Assembly: GCF_009914755.1 (NCBI RefSeq)
Contig: NC_060926.1
Reading direction: 5' to 3' (one strand)
DNA: 64,000 nucleotides
From: the human T2T-CHM13v2.0 reference genome, Homo sapiens
Shown: positions 14,233 through 27,104 of the stretch, piece by piece
How positions within the stretch are numbered: position 1 is the first letter of the stretch
Layout: every line of letters begins with the position of its first letter
Program-made: the position numbers and the translations under genes
Notes under the pieces: model-generated
What the model was told of the DNA's origin: nothing
Database searches by the model: none
Seen by the model: the letters and a program-made list of their open reading frames with translations, nothing else

Positions 14233-16742
14233 GTTTGGAAAACATATTTGAAGAAATAATTGATTAAAACTTTTCTGGCCTTGCTAAATATCTAGACATT
14301 AAATACAGAGGCTCAAAGAACACCTGGGAAATTTATCGCAAAAAGACCATCACCTAGGCACATAGTGTTCAGGTTACTTAAAAACAAGGTGAAGTAAAGA
14401 ATCTTAACAGCTGGGATGCAAAGCATCAGGCAACCTATAAACGAAAACCTATCAAATTAGCAGCAGATTTCTCAGCAGAACACCTAAAAGGTAGAAGGTA
14501 TTAAGGTCTTATCTTTAGCCTCCTTAAACAAAACAATTATCAGCCCAAAATCTTGTATCCAGTGAAACTAAGCTTCATAAATGAAGGAAAGATACAGTCT
14601 ATTCTTTTTCAGAGACACAAACGCTGAGATAATTTGCCACTACCAAACCAGCACTACAAAAACTGCTAAAGGAGTTCTAAATCTTGAAACAAACCCTGGA
14701 AACACATCAAAACAGAACCTCTTTAAAGCTTAAATCTCACAGGACCTATACAACAAAAATATAATTAAAAAAATGTACAGGCAACAAACAGCACAATTAT
14801 GGAATAGTACCTCACATTTCAATACTAATGTTGAATGTAAATGGCCTAAATGCTCCAGTTAAAAGATACAGAATGGCAGAAGGGATAAGAATTCACCAAC
14901 CAAGTATCTACTGTCTTCAGATATAAGGACTCACATAAACTTAAGATATAAGGATAAACCTATATTAATATTATATTAATATTAATAAAATATTAAGATA
15001 AACCTAAGAAATAAGGACTCACATAAACTTAAAGGGGTAGAAAAAGATATTCCATGCAAATGGACACCAAAAGTGAGCAGGAGTGGCTATTCTTATGTTA
15101 AAGCAATAGCAGTTAACAAAGAGGGACATTATACAAGGATAAAAGAACTAGTCCAACAGGATAATATTGCAATTCTAAACACATAAGCACCTAACACTGT
15201 AGCTCCCAAATTTATAAAACAATTACTACTGGACCTAAGAAATGAGATAGACAGCAATATAATAATAATGGGAAACTTCAATACTCCACTGACAGCACTA
15301 GACAGGTCACCAAGACAGAAAGTCAACAAAGAAACGATGGACTTAAACTATACCCTAGAACAAATGGATATAACAGCTATTTACTGGACATTCTACCCAA
15401 CAACTGTGGAATATACATTCTTTTCATCAGCACATGGAACACTCTCCAAGACAGACCAGATGATAGGCCACAAAAAAAGTCTCAATAAATTTAACAAAAT
15501 CAAAATTATATCAAATACTCTCTCAGAACATAGTGGAATAAAACTGGAAATTAACTCCAAGAAGAACCCTCAAAACCACGCAAATACATGGAAATTAAAT
15601 TACCTGCTACTGATTGATCACTGGGTCAACAATTAAATCAAGATGGAAATTTAAAAATTCTTTGAACTGAACAATAATAGTGACACAACCTATCAAAACC
15701 TCTGGGATACAGCAAAAGCGGTACTAAGAGGAAAGTTCAGAGCATTGAATGCCTACGTCAAAAAGTCTAAAAAGGCACAAATAAACAATCTAAGGTCACA
15801 CTTCAAGGAACTAGAGAAACCAGAACAAACCAAACCCAAACCAATAGAAGAAAACAAATAACAAATGTCAGAGCAGAACTAAATAAAACTGAAACAAAAA
15901 AATACAAAAGATAAATGAAACAAAACCTTGCTCTTTGAAAAGATAAACACAATTGATAGATCATTAGCAAGATTAACCAAGAAGAGAGAAGACCCAAATA
16001 AGTTCAATTATAAATGAAATGGAAGATATTACACCTGATATCACAGAAATACAAAAGACCATTCAAAGCTAACATGAACACCTTTCTGTGCACAAACTAG
16101 AAAATGTAGAGGAGATGGATAAATTCCTGGAAATATACAACCCTCCTAGATTAAACCAGGAAGAAATAGAAACTCTGAACTGACTGATAACAAACAGCAA
16201 GAATGAAATGGTAATAAAAAAATTATCAACAACAAAAAAGTCCGGAACGAGACAGATTCACAGCTGAATTCTATCATTCAAATAAAATTGGTACCAATCC
16301 TATTTACACTATTCCAAAAGATAGCAAAAGAGGGAGTCCTCCCTAAATCATTCTATGAAGCCAGTATCACCCTAACACCAAAACCAGAAAAGGACATCAA
16401 AAAAAGGAAACTACAGGCCAATATACCTGGTCAACATAGATGCAAAAATCCTCAACAAAATAGTAGCTAACTGAATCCAACAGGATATTAAGAAGATAAT
16501 CCACTGTGATCAAGTGGGATGAATACTAGGGATGCAGGGATGATTTAACATACACAATTCAATAAATGTGATATACCACATAAACAGAAATAAAAACAAA
16601 AATCACACGATCATCTCAACACATGCGAAAAAAATTCGACAAAATCCAGCATCCTTTAAGATTAAAATCCTCACCAAAACTCGTGTAGAAGGGACATACC
16701 TTAAGTAATAAAAGCCATCTATAACAAACCCACAGCCAACAT

Positions 16743-17227
16743 TGTGGGGTTCAGTCAGGATGGCAGAAGAAATTATAGGAATAGAAAAAAGCAAACCTTC
16801 TTGGAAGGCCGGGGAGTTTTGCATAGCTTCAGATAGTTTGGCTGAAGGCCACCAGATTCTCTTTTCAGGAGCCAGAGAGCTTAGGGTGCAGATACCAAGG
16901 AATGTAGTTTATCTAAATAGCTTGTGAATCATGTGGTCTTAAGACTAACCTTTAATCATTCGCGGGCCAGATGGCCCTCTCCAGAGTGGGGGTGACCAGG
17001 TTAATGACCCACAGGTTTGTTGCCTCAAAGGCTTTGTCATTTAATGTATGCTGAATAAATGCCAGCAGGGCCAGCTAGTTCATGGCCATGGCTGCTGACT
17101 CTTTACAGCACCTTCCTTGGTGACTGTGAGGGGCTCAGACCCCTAGCTGCTCTTTCACTGAATATCGGTGTCTGGGTACATTATTCATCCATCATGCAAG
17201 CTGGGGTCTGCAGGACAGACCCCTGCA
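16743..17227 (+). mobile_element. Solo LTR22-like (HML-5, ERVK class) inserted in L1PB ORF2
   Basis: TG...CA ends; perfect 6-bp TSD CAACAT (16737-16742, 17228-17233), typical of betaretrovirus-like elements; AATAAA ~17054; resembles recalled LTR22B. Confidence 0.85.
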
Positions 17228-18898
17228 CAACATTATACTGAACACGGAAAAGTTGAAAGCATTCTCCCTGAGAACTGAAACAAGACAAGGATGCCCACTT
17301 TCACCACTTCTGTTAAACATAGTACTGGAAGTTCTGGCCAGAGAAATCAGACAAGAGAAAGAAATAAAAGACATCCAAATCAGTAAAGAGAAAGTCAAAC
17401 TGTTGCTGTTTGCTGATGATATGATTGTATACCTAGATAACCCTAAAGTTTCATCAAAAAAGCTCCTTAGAACTGATATATAAATTCATCAAAGTTTCAG
17501 AATAACAACTTAATATGCACAAATTAATAGCACCACTATACACTAACAGTGACCAAGCTGAGAATCAAATCAAGAACTTGACCACTTTTACAATAGCTGT
17601 GAAACAAAACAAAACAACAACAACAATAAAACCTTAGGAATATACCTAACCAAGAAGGTGAAAGACCTCTACAAGGGAAACCACAAAACACTTTTGAAAG
17701 AAATTATAGATGACACAAACTAATGGAAATACATCCCATGCTCATGGATGAGTAGAATCAATATTGTGAAAATGGCTGTACTGCCCAAGGCAATCTACAA
17801 ATTTAATGCAATTCCCATCAAAGTACTGCCATCATCTTTCACAGAGCTAGAAAAAACAATTGAAAAATTTATATGGAATCAAAAAAGAGCCTGCACAGCC
17901 AAAGTGAGACTAAGCAGAAAGAACAAATCGGGGAGGCATCACATTACCTGATGTCAAACTATACCATAAGGCTATAGTCACCAAAACAGCATTGTATTGG
18001 TATAAAAATAGACACATAGACCAATGAAACAGAATAGAGAACCCAGAAATAAAGCCAAATACTTATAGCCAACTGATCTTTGACAAAGCAAAGAAAAGCA
18101 TAAAGTGGGGAAAGGACATCCTACTCAACAAATGGTGCTGGGATAATTGTCAAGCCACATGCAGAGGAATGAAATTGGATCCTCATCTCTCACTTTATAC
18201 AAAAATCAATTCAAGATCGATCAATGACTTAAATCTAAGACCTGAAACCATAAAAATTATAGAAGATAACATTGGAAAAACCCTCTTAAACATTGGAATA
18301 GGCAAAGACTTCATGACCAAGAACCTAAAAGCAAATGCAATAAAAACAAAGAGAAATAGATGGGACTTAATTAAACTAAAAAGCTTCTGCATAGCAAAAG
18401 AAATAATCCGCAGAGTAAACAGACAACCTACAGAGTGGGAGAAAATCTTTGCAAACTGTGCATCCAAAAAAGGACTAATGTTCAGAATGTAAATAAGTTT
18501 TAGCAAGAAAAAAACAAATAATCCCATCAAAATTGGGCTAAGGATATGAATAGACAGTTCTCAAAAGAAGATACACAAATGGCCCATAAACATATGAAAA
18601 ATGCTCATCATCACTAACTAAGAGGGAAATGGAAATTAAAACTGCAATGCAATACCACCTTAATCCTGCAAGAATGGCCATAATCAAAAAATAAAAAAAA
18701 AAAAATAGATGTTGGAATTGATGTGGTACAAAAGGAACACTTTTAAACTGCTTGTGGGAATGTTAACTAGTACAACCACTATGGAAAAAAGTGTGAAGTT
18801 TCCTTAAAGAACTAAAAGTAGATCTACAATTTGATCCAGCAATCCCATCATCTACCCAGAGGAAAAAATGTCATTATGTGAAAAAGATACTTGTGTGT

Positions 18899-18900
<2 letters not shown>

Positions 18901-18931
<31 letters not shown>
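18901..18931. repeat. (CA)n microsatellite preceded by (TG)4
   Basis: About 15 AC units inside the L1 3' region. Confidence 0.9.
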
Positions 18932-18933
<2 letters not shown>

Positions 18934-19638
18934 TCACATGGCATACTATTCAACCATGAAAAGGAATGAAATAATGGCACTTGCAGCAATCTGGATAGAA
19001 TTGGAGACTATCATTCTCAGTGAAGTAACTCAGGAATGGAAACCCCAATATCTTATGTTCTCACTCATAAGTGGGAGCTAAGCTATGAGGATGCAAAGGC
19101 ATAAGAATACTATAATGAACTTTGGGGGCTTTGGGGAAAGGATGAGAGGTGGGAGAGGGATAACAGACTACACACTGGGTACAGTGTACACTGCTTGAGT
19201 GATAGGTGCACCAAAATCTCAGAAATCACCACTAGAGAACTCATTCATGTAACCAAACACCACCTGTTTACCAAAAACTTGTTGAAATAAAAAATAAAAA
19301 TTAAAACAACAAACTAAAAGTAAAAGGCACTGATTTTTGAAACTAGGCAAGTGGTAAGGATATTTGAAGGTGCTTGGTGGATTCTTGGTTGCTGTGGGGA
19401 AAGCTGGAATGAGACCATTCACCTCTTATTTTCTTCAATTGCTCCAACTGAAGTGGGTAGAACAGCAGATTTCAGAGCTGGTTATGAAACTACTTGTTTT
19501 ATCTCCCTTACTTGTCCAGGATAAAGTGGTCTATTCAAGACTGGATTTTCATCTCACCCTGCTCCCAACTCATTTCACAGTTTTATGGTGACAATTATGA
19601 GAATGCTGAGCCTGGCTGCATCTCAATTAGAATCCTGC

Positions 19639-20045
19639 TGTTACAGGTGGAGGGTGTCCACATTCTTGGCGTTTTGAACAAAGAATTGAACAAAATGCAC
19701 AATCAAAGCAATGAAAGAAAAGCACAGACTTATTGAAATGAAAGTACACACCACAGAATGGGAGCAGGCTCAAGCAAGCAGCTCAAAAGCTCTGCTCACA
19801 CAATTTTCTAGAGGTTTTCCATTGGTTACTTGGTTTTCACCCTATGTAACTGAAGAAGCTGAAGTGAAGTTACAAAGTTATTGACTTGTGTACACTCTAT
19901 GCAAATGAAGAGGATGTTTCCTGACATTGCTGAAGTGAAGTTAGAAAGCTATTTACTTGGGTGTAGAAAGCTGAGGTTTTTCCATTTGATTTAGTTGTAG
20001 GAAATCTTTAGGTTCCTTGTCTCCAGATCCTATTCTCCTGCCTCA
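19639..20045 (-). mobile_element. Solo ERV1 LTR, MER51-like
   Basis: Minus strand begins TGAGGCAGGAGAATAGGATCTGGAG and ends TAACA; 4-bp TSD CTGC/CTAC with one mismatch. Confidence 0.75.
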
Positions 20046-20166
20046 CTACTAGAATGCCATCAGCCACCAGGTCTGGAATCGTGGAGAGAGCTGTTAGAAC
20101 ATGGCTGGTGATAGCAATGGTAGTCAGAGGCAGGCATGTTCTATCTGCAGAAGTTGAACACATCTG

Positions 20167-20425
20167 ATACAAAATTATAGCTAGATAGGAGGAATAAGTT
20201 CTACTGTTCTACAGCATTGGAGAGTGAATATAGTTAAAAATAATTTATTGTATATTTCAAATCGCTAAAAGAGAGGATTTTGAATGTTCCCAACACAATG
20301 ATAAATGTTTGAGGTGATGAATATGCTAATTACCCCTGATTTGATCATTATACATTGTTTATAGGTATCAAAATATCACTCTGTATCCCACAAATATGTA
20401 CAATTATTATGTGTTAATAAAAATA
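20167..20425 (+). mobile_element. L1MA-type 3' end fragment with poly(A) signal
   Basis: TACAAAATTATAGCTAGATAGGAGGAATAAGTTC...GAGGTGATGAATATGCTAATTACCC...AATAAA. Confidence 0.85.
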
Positions 20426-20493
20426 CAAGAGAAAAGAAATTGAAAAGAAGAAAGAAAACCAAAAAAAATTGAATCTGAAACTCATCAATTATA

Positions 20494-20776
<283 letters not shown>

Positions 20777-21100
20777 CTCATCAATTATAATTTAATTGTC
20801 AGGTTACAGGACATGAAATGGCAAAGAAAAATGTTAAATGACACTATGTGGATTCAAAAAGCAACATTCAAACAAAATTTTCCAAACAAATTACTTAATA
20901 TCTTCAACAAATACATCAGGACAAAAAGCTAGAGGGGAAATCTACAGAGAAAACCATATTTAAGAGGCAATTCAAACAAATGTAATGTGTGAACCCTATT
21001 TGCATTCTAATTCAAAAACTACAGAAAGCATCTATAAAACTATCAGGAAAATTCAAGTAGAAACTAGATATTTGATGATATTAAGAAATTACTGTTAAAT

Positions 21101-22401
21101 TTAGTTTAGTGCAAAAGTAATTGCAGTTTTGGATCGTGAATTTTAAATTATTATAACTAGGCTCAAATATATCTTTATTAATAAATGTAGGAACCAATAA
21201 AATCAACACATTTTTGCCAATGAGAAATAAGTTTGTTTATTCCTGTAGCATAAAAATCCATGCTTTGGAATTTGATGAAGTCTTGGAAAGCATTTTCTGC
21301 ATCTTGCTGGTTGTGGAAGGCTTTTATGCAAAAAGATGTTGAGATGCTTGAAGAAGTAGTAGTCAGTTGGTGAGAGGTCAGGTGAACATGGAGGATGAGG
21401 AAAAACTTTGTAGCCCAATTCTTTTAACTTTTGAAGTGTTGGTTGTGCAACGTGTGGTCGAGGGTTGTCATGGAGAAGAATTTGGCCCTTTCTGTTGACC
21501 AATGCTGGCTGCAGGTGTTGCAGTTTTCAGTGCAGCTTATTGATGTGCTGAGCGTACTTCTCAGACGTAATAGTTTCACCAGGATTCAGAATGCTATAGT
21601 GGATCAGACTGGCAGCAGACTACTAAACAGTGACCATGACCTTTTTATGGTGCAAGTTTTGCTTTGGGAAGTGCTTTGGAGCTTCTTCTAGGTCCAATCA
21701 CTGAGCTAGTCATTGCTGGTTGTCATATAAAATCCACTTTTCATCATATGTCACAATCTGATTGAGAAATGATTCATTGTTGTTGTGTGGAATAAGAGAT
21801 GACACTTCAAAATGACAGTTTTTTGTTTTCTGTTTTTTGTTTTTTTTCGCTCAGCTCATGAGACATCTACTTATAGAGCTTTTTCAGCTTTCCAATTTGC
21901 TTTAAATGCAGACGGATCATAGATTGGCCAACGTTGAGTTCTTCGGCAACTTCTCTTTTATTTGTAAGAGGATCAGCTTCAATGATTGCTCTCAATTACT
22001 CGTTGTCAACTTCCGATGGCTGGCCACTATGCTCCTCATCTTTAAGGCTTTCATCTCCTTTGCAAAACTTCTTGAACCCACCACTTCACTGTATGTTCGT
22101 TAGCAGTTCCTGGGACAAATGTATTGTTGATGTCGCAAGTTGTCGCCGCTGCCTTTACGACTCATTTCGAACTTGAATAAGAAAATCACTTGAATTTGCT
22201 TTTTGTCTAACATCATTTTCATGGTCTAAAATAAATATAAAATGAAGTGCAAATAGTAAGTCATTAGCAAAAAAAACATAAAGTGAGGCATGTGCATTAA
22301 AATGATGTATCACGTAATTACATTTATTTAAGAATGTATTCCAATATCAAATGGCAAATTTAAACAATGCAAAAACTGCCATTACTTTTACGCCAACCAA
22401 A
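21101..22401 (-). mobile_element. Full-length Hsmar1 mariner DNA transposon with dead transposase
   Basis: Both ~30-bp TIRs resemble TTAGGTTGGTGCAAAAGTAATTGCGGTTTT; ~1.3 kb; minus-strand ATG at 22222; IVTYDEKWILYD, HDNPRPH and SPDLSPTDY motifs. Confidence 0.94.
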
Positions 22402-23777
22402 ATATGTAATAATATAATAGCATTGTGGCTTATGTTTGTATATAAATATACATACATGTGTATATCAATGTATTTATAAATATAACTATCTCAGTGAGGT
22501 CTAGGTAGCTATGTGTTGAAAACTTTTGAAGTTGGGTTATGGAGACATTGGAAGTTTTTATACATTTCTCTTTTGTACATGTTTGATATTTTCAATAACA
22601 AAATGTTTTGAAGTGTGGGCCTGGTTTTTCTTCCCTTCCTCATTCTACACAAGATGAAGAAAAAAAGTGAAATGCAAAAATAAGCCCTACTACTTTAGAT
22701 AAGCAGCGGTAATGAGCATTCCATAGTCAAAACAACACAGATGGACCCTAAAAGGCTTCCTTCCAGAAACGTAAATCCCACAAGCCATCCCTTTGCTCAG
22801 GATGTCTATCATTAGGGTTAATCCTTAACATGACAAAGCAGCTCCCTTTTAGAGGTTATACAGATAATTTATATGTTACATTTTTTGAATCAGAATGCCC
22901 TTAGGTGGTACATGGCACAGGTCCCACTTCTCCCTATTGGTTTATTACCAGCAATTTTACACATTCCAATTATCTTCCTGGGCTCAGAAGGCATATGCCT
23001 CCACCACGATCCTAATTAGATCAACTCAGTATCTGCAGAAAAAAATATTCTAAGTGTAACTCTCCTGCTGAACTCACTTATTCTCTTCCTTCCTCATTCA
23101 TTCACAATTCATTCACCACTTTTATTCACTATCATTCATCACACTTTCATTGGGTGGACTTTGTGCCTGTGACCAGGCACAATCTGCTAATTACTTCAGA
23201 GGATACAGATGTGTTTGGGACATGAGCTCCACATCAAGGAGTTAAAAATATTAGAAGAGACAACCATGTGAACACCTATACACGTTTTCAGAATGAATAG
23301 TTCGCTATAATAGAAGGATAGTCATTGGGTGGAAAGAGGAATACCTGAAGCTGGAACTCATGCCTGCTGCATGAAGGGTCTTCAAATCAGTATAGTTATG
23401 TGAGCAAACATATATGAGGCAAGGCTAGGCACTCAATCCTCCTCCACTGCAACAGTGGTGTCTAGAGAATGTGCCCATTTAATTAAGTCTTTCTCAAGGT
23501 CCAAGCTGCAATTATATGGTCTTGTTATGTTGTTTAAAACAAAAATTTGAAGGAAGGAGAGATGGAAATGAATAGCAGAAATGAAAATTGAATAAGTACA
23601 AGCATAACTATGTAAAGGCTACTAGAGTATGTTCCTAGTCCCTAATTTTCAGGGTCTGATATGAGTCACTTTTCAGACTGAAGCATTTGAAACCAGGCTT
23701 CAATGCACCTGAAATATGAATTTATATTCAACTTCCAACCAACCTAAAATATATTCAGAGCCACTTCAAAATGTGGC

Positions 23778-23823
23778 ATGTGTGTGGAAGATGTGTGTGG
23801 AAGATGTGTGTGTGTGTGTGTGT
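23778..23823. repeat. ATGTGTGTGGAAG x2 running into (TG)n
   Basis: Read directly from the sequence. Confidence 0.85.
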
Positions 23824-26407
23824 ATGTGTTATGAGGAGGGACTTGTAAGCGTAATAATCTGGTTTCTTTAATGTTTTAAGGTTTGTAATTTTTAAGCAAT
23901 TGTTTCTGCCATCCAATCAATATTAAAGAGAACAACTGGTTTACAATCATTCTGCTGCACCATGACAACTCTGTTCACCAAGTCCTTATTTCATCTTCCT
24001 GCAAAGAGATGTTAAATTCAAATAATCATCTATTCCATGTATTTTCTTCTGCTGTATTGTGATCTTCATCAAATATTGATTACATGCACTTGCCTGTGAG
24101 AAGAGTTGTTAGTTTTTGTCCCAGTGAGGAATAATGTTGGCACTTCCAACAATAAGCCTACTGGCTTTTCATTACCATATTATCACTTAGCATATGTCTT
24201 TTTCTTAATAATTATTTTTATTTTAATCCATATATGGTACCTGACTGCTATGTAACTCTCAGCTGGAAAAATATTGGAATGACCCTCTGTGCTATGCTTA
24301 TAGGCCTAACCTTTGTAAGACATATGTTAACATACAGTTAATATACATATACGTATAATGTATACATATAATTTACAGTCAGTTAACAGATATTTTCAGG
24401 TACTGTATCCTAAGCCAATTGCTATCATTAACTCTATTTTCTTTTGACTCAATTTCACTTGGGAATGCCATTAATATAATTTTCAAAAGTAAGTCTACTA
24501 AAAATTAACACCAAATATTTAAACAGAAGATTCATAAAGACTGACCTTTTTGACATCAACTCTTTATTAGCAAATAAAGTAAACATTTTATGAAAAATAA
24601 TTTTTCCCATAAGAATAAAATGTGGACTGTATAAAATGGGTGAAGATATCTAGAACACACAACATCAAGTGATTAAGAAAAATTCCAGTGATTAACAAAC
24701 TCATTGTTCAATGGCTTAATAAACACAGAACTATTAAACAGCTATAAAAAATTAAACTTACCTGTCTGTTAGAAATACATTTCAATTTTTCATAGATTCA
24801 ACATACTTTAAAATACATAAAAAAATAACTAGAAATACTACCTATTAAACTCATGTACCATTGCTTAAAATATACTACAGAATTCTCAATGTCTCCTTGC
24901 AAAGGCAGTGAAAATTCTTATTTCTGAGACCCTCTTTAGTAATAAACCACTGACAAACACAATGTAGGCATAGCTTATATAACATTGTATTCATGTTGTG
25001 ATTTTTTTTCAAGCATTATACAGTAGTTTGCATCAGGCCTTCCATATTACTTACATGTATAGGATTTCATTCTAATGTAGTGGGAGTTTTCATATCACTT
25101 TTAAAGTAATTGTTGAGATTAAGAATTTTTCCATATTTTTCCATACTACCAAAATTCTAATCAGTTGTGGATTCTTACATTTATAAGGATGACTGACATA
25201 TTTTAGAGCAAGCTTACAGACTAGTTTTTTAGAAGCCATATATGCAAAATTAAAACAGAACCAGGTCTCATAAGATAACAGCTATCTGTGAGAAAATTTT
25301 GGAGAATCAGTATGGAAGAGAAACTAGAGAACTCTTGCAGGGTTAGTGGAAATTATTAACATCCGGTACTTTTTATAATAATGTGGGCTTATGCACACAC
25401 CAGCTCTGTTGCCTCAGAGCAACATCCATGCTCCTCTCTAATGCATCCTGATTTCTCTTTCCCTTCTGAAAAATAGCTGGCAGCTGGGTTAACCCAAGGA
25501 TGATATTCAGCAATAGATGCCGAAAGCAAAAACAAACAAATCAAAAAAACATATATTCTGCTGTGAATACCTGAGGAGATTTTGGAGTTTCTAATAATAC
25601 CCTGATTTTATTAAATCTTCTACCTCCTTTTATATTTCACTTTCTTTTACACTCAAAGTAATAAATGGCATAATATTAATCCACATTAAGTTGTTTTTAA
25701 ATGTTTGATCAGTTATTCATAAGATTTACAGCATTGTAATAGACAATGAGAAGCAGTGTAGAAAGACAAAAATAAGAAGACATTTTTATAATTTTTCAAG
25801 ATATAAGAATAAAGCACTCTATTACTGCAATTTAACCAAATTTTAACTCTATGAATTCTATAATTTACAAACTTTTTGAAGATTTAAACAACACAATCAT
25901 TCTAAGAAGTAAATATTTGTAATCACTTAGGTTCAGGCTCTTTATGAAATAAATTATGTATATGTTCATCATATTCTGCTTTCTAGTTAGGGCTTATGCT
26001 CAGTGTGTACTTCCACAAGGCTGCCGTAACCCTATTTCTAAAATTCATTGGATTAAGGAGATCTTAGTGCTTTTCAAAAGTGACTCAAAGGTGAGAGTAA
26101 GAAAGGGGAGTCATCACCGTCCTCTACTCACTGGAGCATTTTCATTTTTATATGTTTTATATAATAGAGAAAACATAATTTTATTTGAAAGTGATAAAAA
26201 ATCTTTCTAAAAAATTGAAAATTATTAAGTTCATTGCATACACACTAATCTCTTTTAAATGCAAATATGTTACCTAAAATCACAATACAGAGATAAATAA
26301 TTATTTTTTAAAAATCAGTTTAAATAAGTTATCTAGTTGGTACACCATTTCTAAACCAAAAGACTGCTATTTAAAAATAAAAATAAAGCTGAGTTTAGAT
26401 TTTTTTA

Positions 26408-26527
26408 AAAGCCTACAGCACTTAGTATTCCCAGGCAGTCTCTTATCCAAGTACTAACTAGGCCCAACTCTACTTAGGTTTTGAGATAGATGAGATCAGA
26501 CATGTTCAGGGTGATATGACCATAGAC
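26408..26527 (-). pseudogene. Full-length 5S rRNA pseudogene
   Basis: Reverse complement aligns end to end with 5S rRNA (GTCTA...GTTAGTACTTGGAT...TGCTGTAGGCTTT) with heavy CpG decay; short A tail (T run 26400-26406). Confidence 0.93.
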
Positions 26528-27104
26528 TCAACTGTGAGCTTTTGATGTACAGAAGTAAAAAAAAAAAATTAGCTCTTGGCACAATTCTAAAAAGAGCAAA
26601 AATTAGTGAAAAATCCCTATTGAAGATCCTGGAACCCAGGACACAGAACATCAGGACCAGAGACTCTGAAGGGCTGGAGAAAGAATATTCTGAAAATGAG
26701 CTTCCACAAATTCATAATCAGATGAAGATCATGACTTTAAGTTGGCTCTATCTTCAAAGTTTCTTAATGATATTAGTGATATTTGAGGACATACTTAGAT
26801 GTTTTTGCCACTAGAGATTCTTTTAGCTATCCATGGTACTTTTTGTTTTTGACCACAACATCGAGCTCATAATACACAAAGCTTTTTGCTGAATAGATTC
26901 TAAGTATAGGTTTCATGAAATTTGAAATAAACATTAATCCTTTCATGAAGTAGGAAAATCTTAATTAAATTTTTTTTTTGTGCTAACCTATAATAGACAG
27001 ATTGGAAAACAATCATGGTATTGAAGTTTAGCGGTTATAAAACCCATTTTTGCCACTCAAAGCCCTATGATATTAAGTGCTATGATTGAGTTGGGGGGTA
27101 CTAT

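Larger units (their letters stand above)
11944..19300 (+). mobile_element. Full-length old LINE-1, L1PB1/2-like, decayed, with two nested solo LTRs
   Basis: L1PBa-type 5' end (ATGGTGGATGGGAGGCAGGACTAACTTGCAGCTCCCAC); ORF1 remnant ~13247-14730; ORF2 remnants ~14800-19081 (GNFNTPL, FADD at ~17409); L1PB 3'UTR (AAGCTATGAGGATGCAAAGGCATAAG...CACCAAAATCTCAGAAATCACC); A-rich end. Confidence 0.92.
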
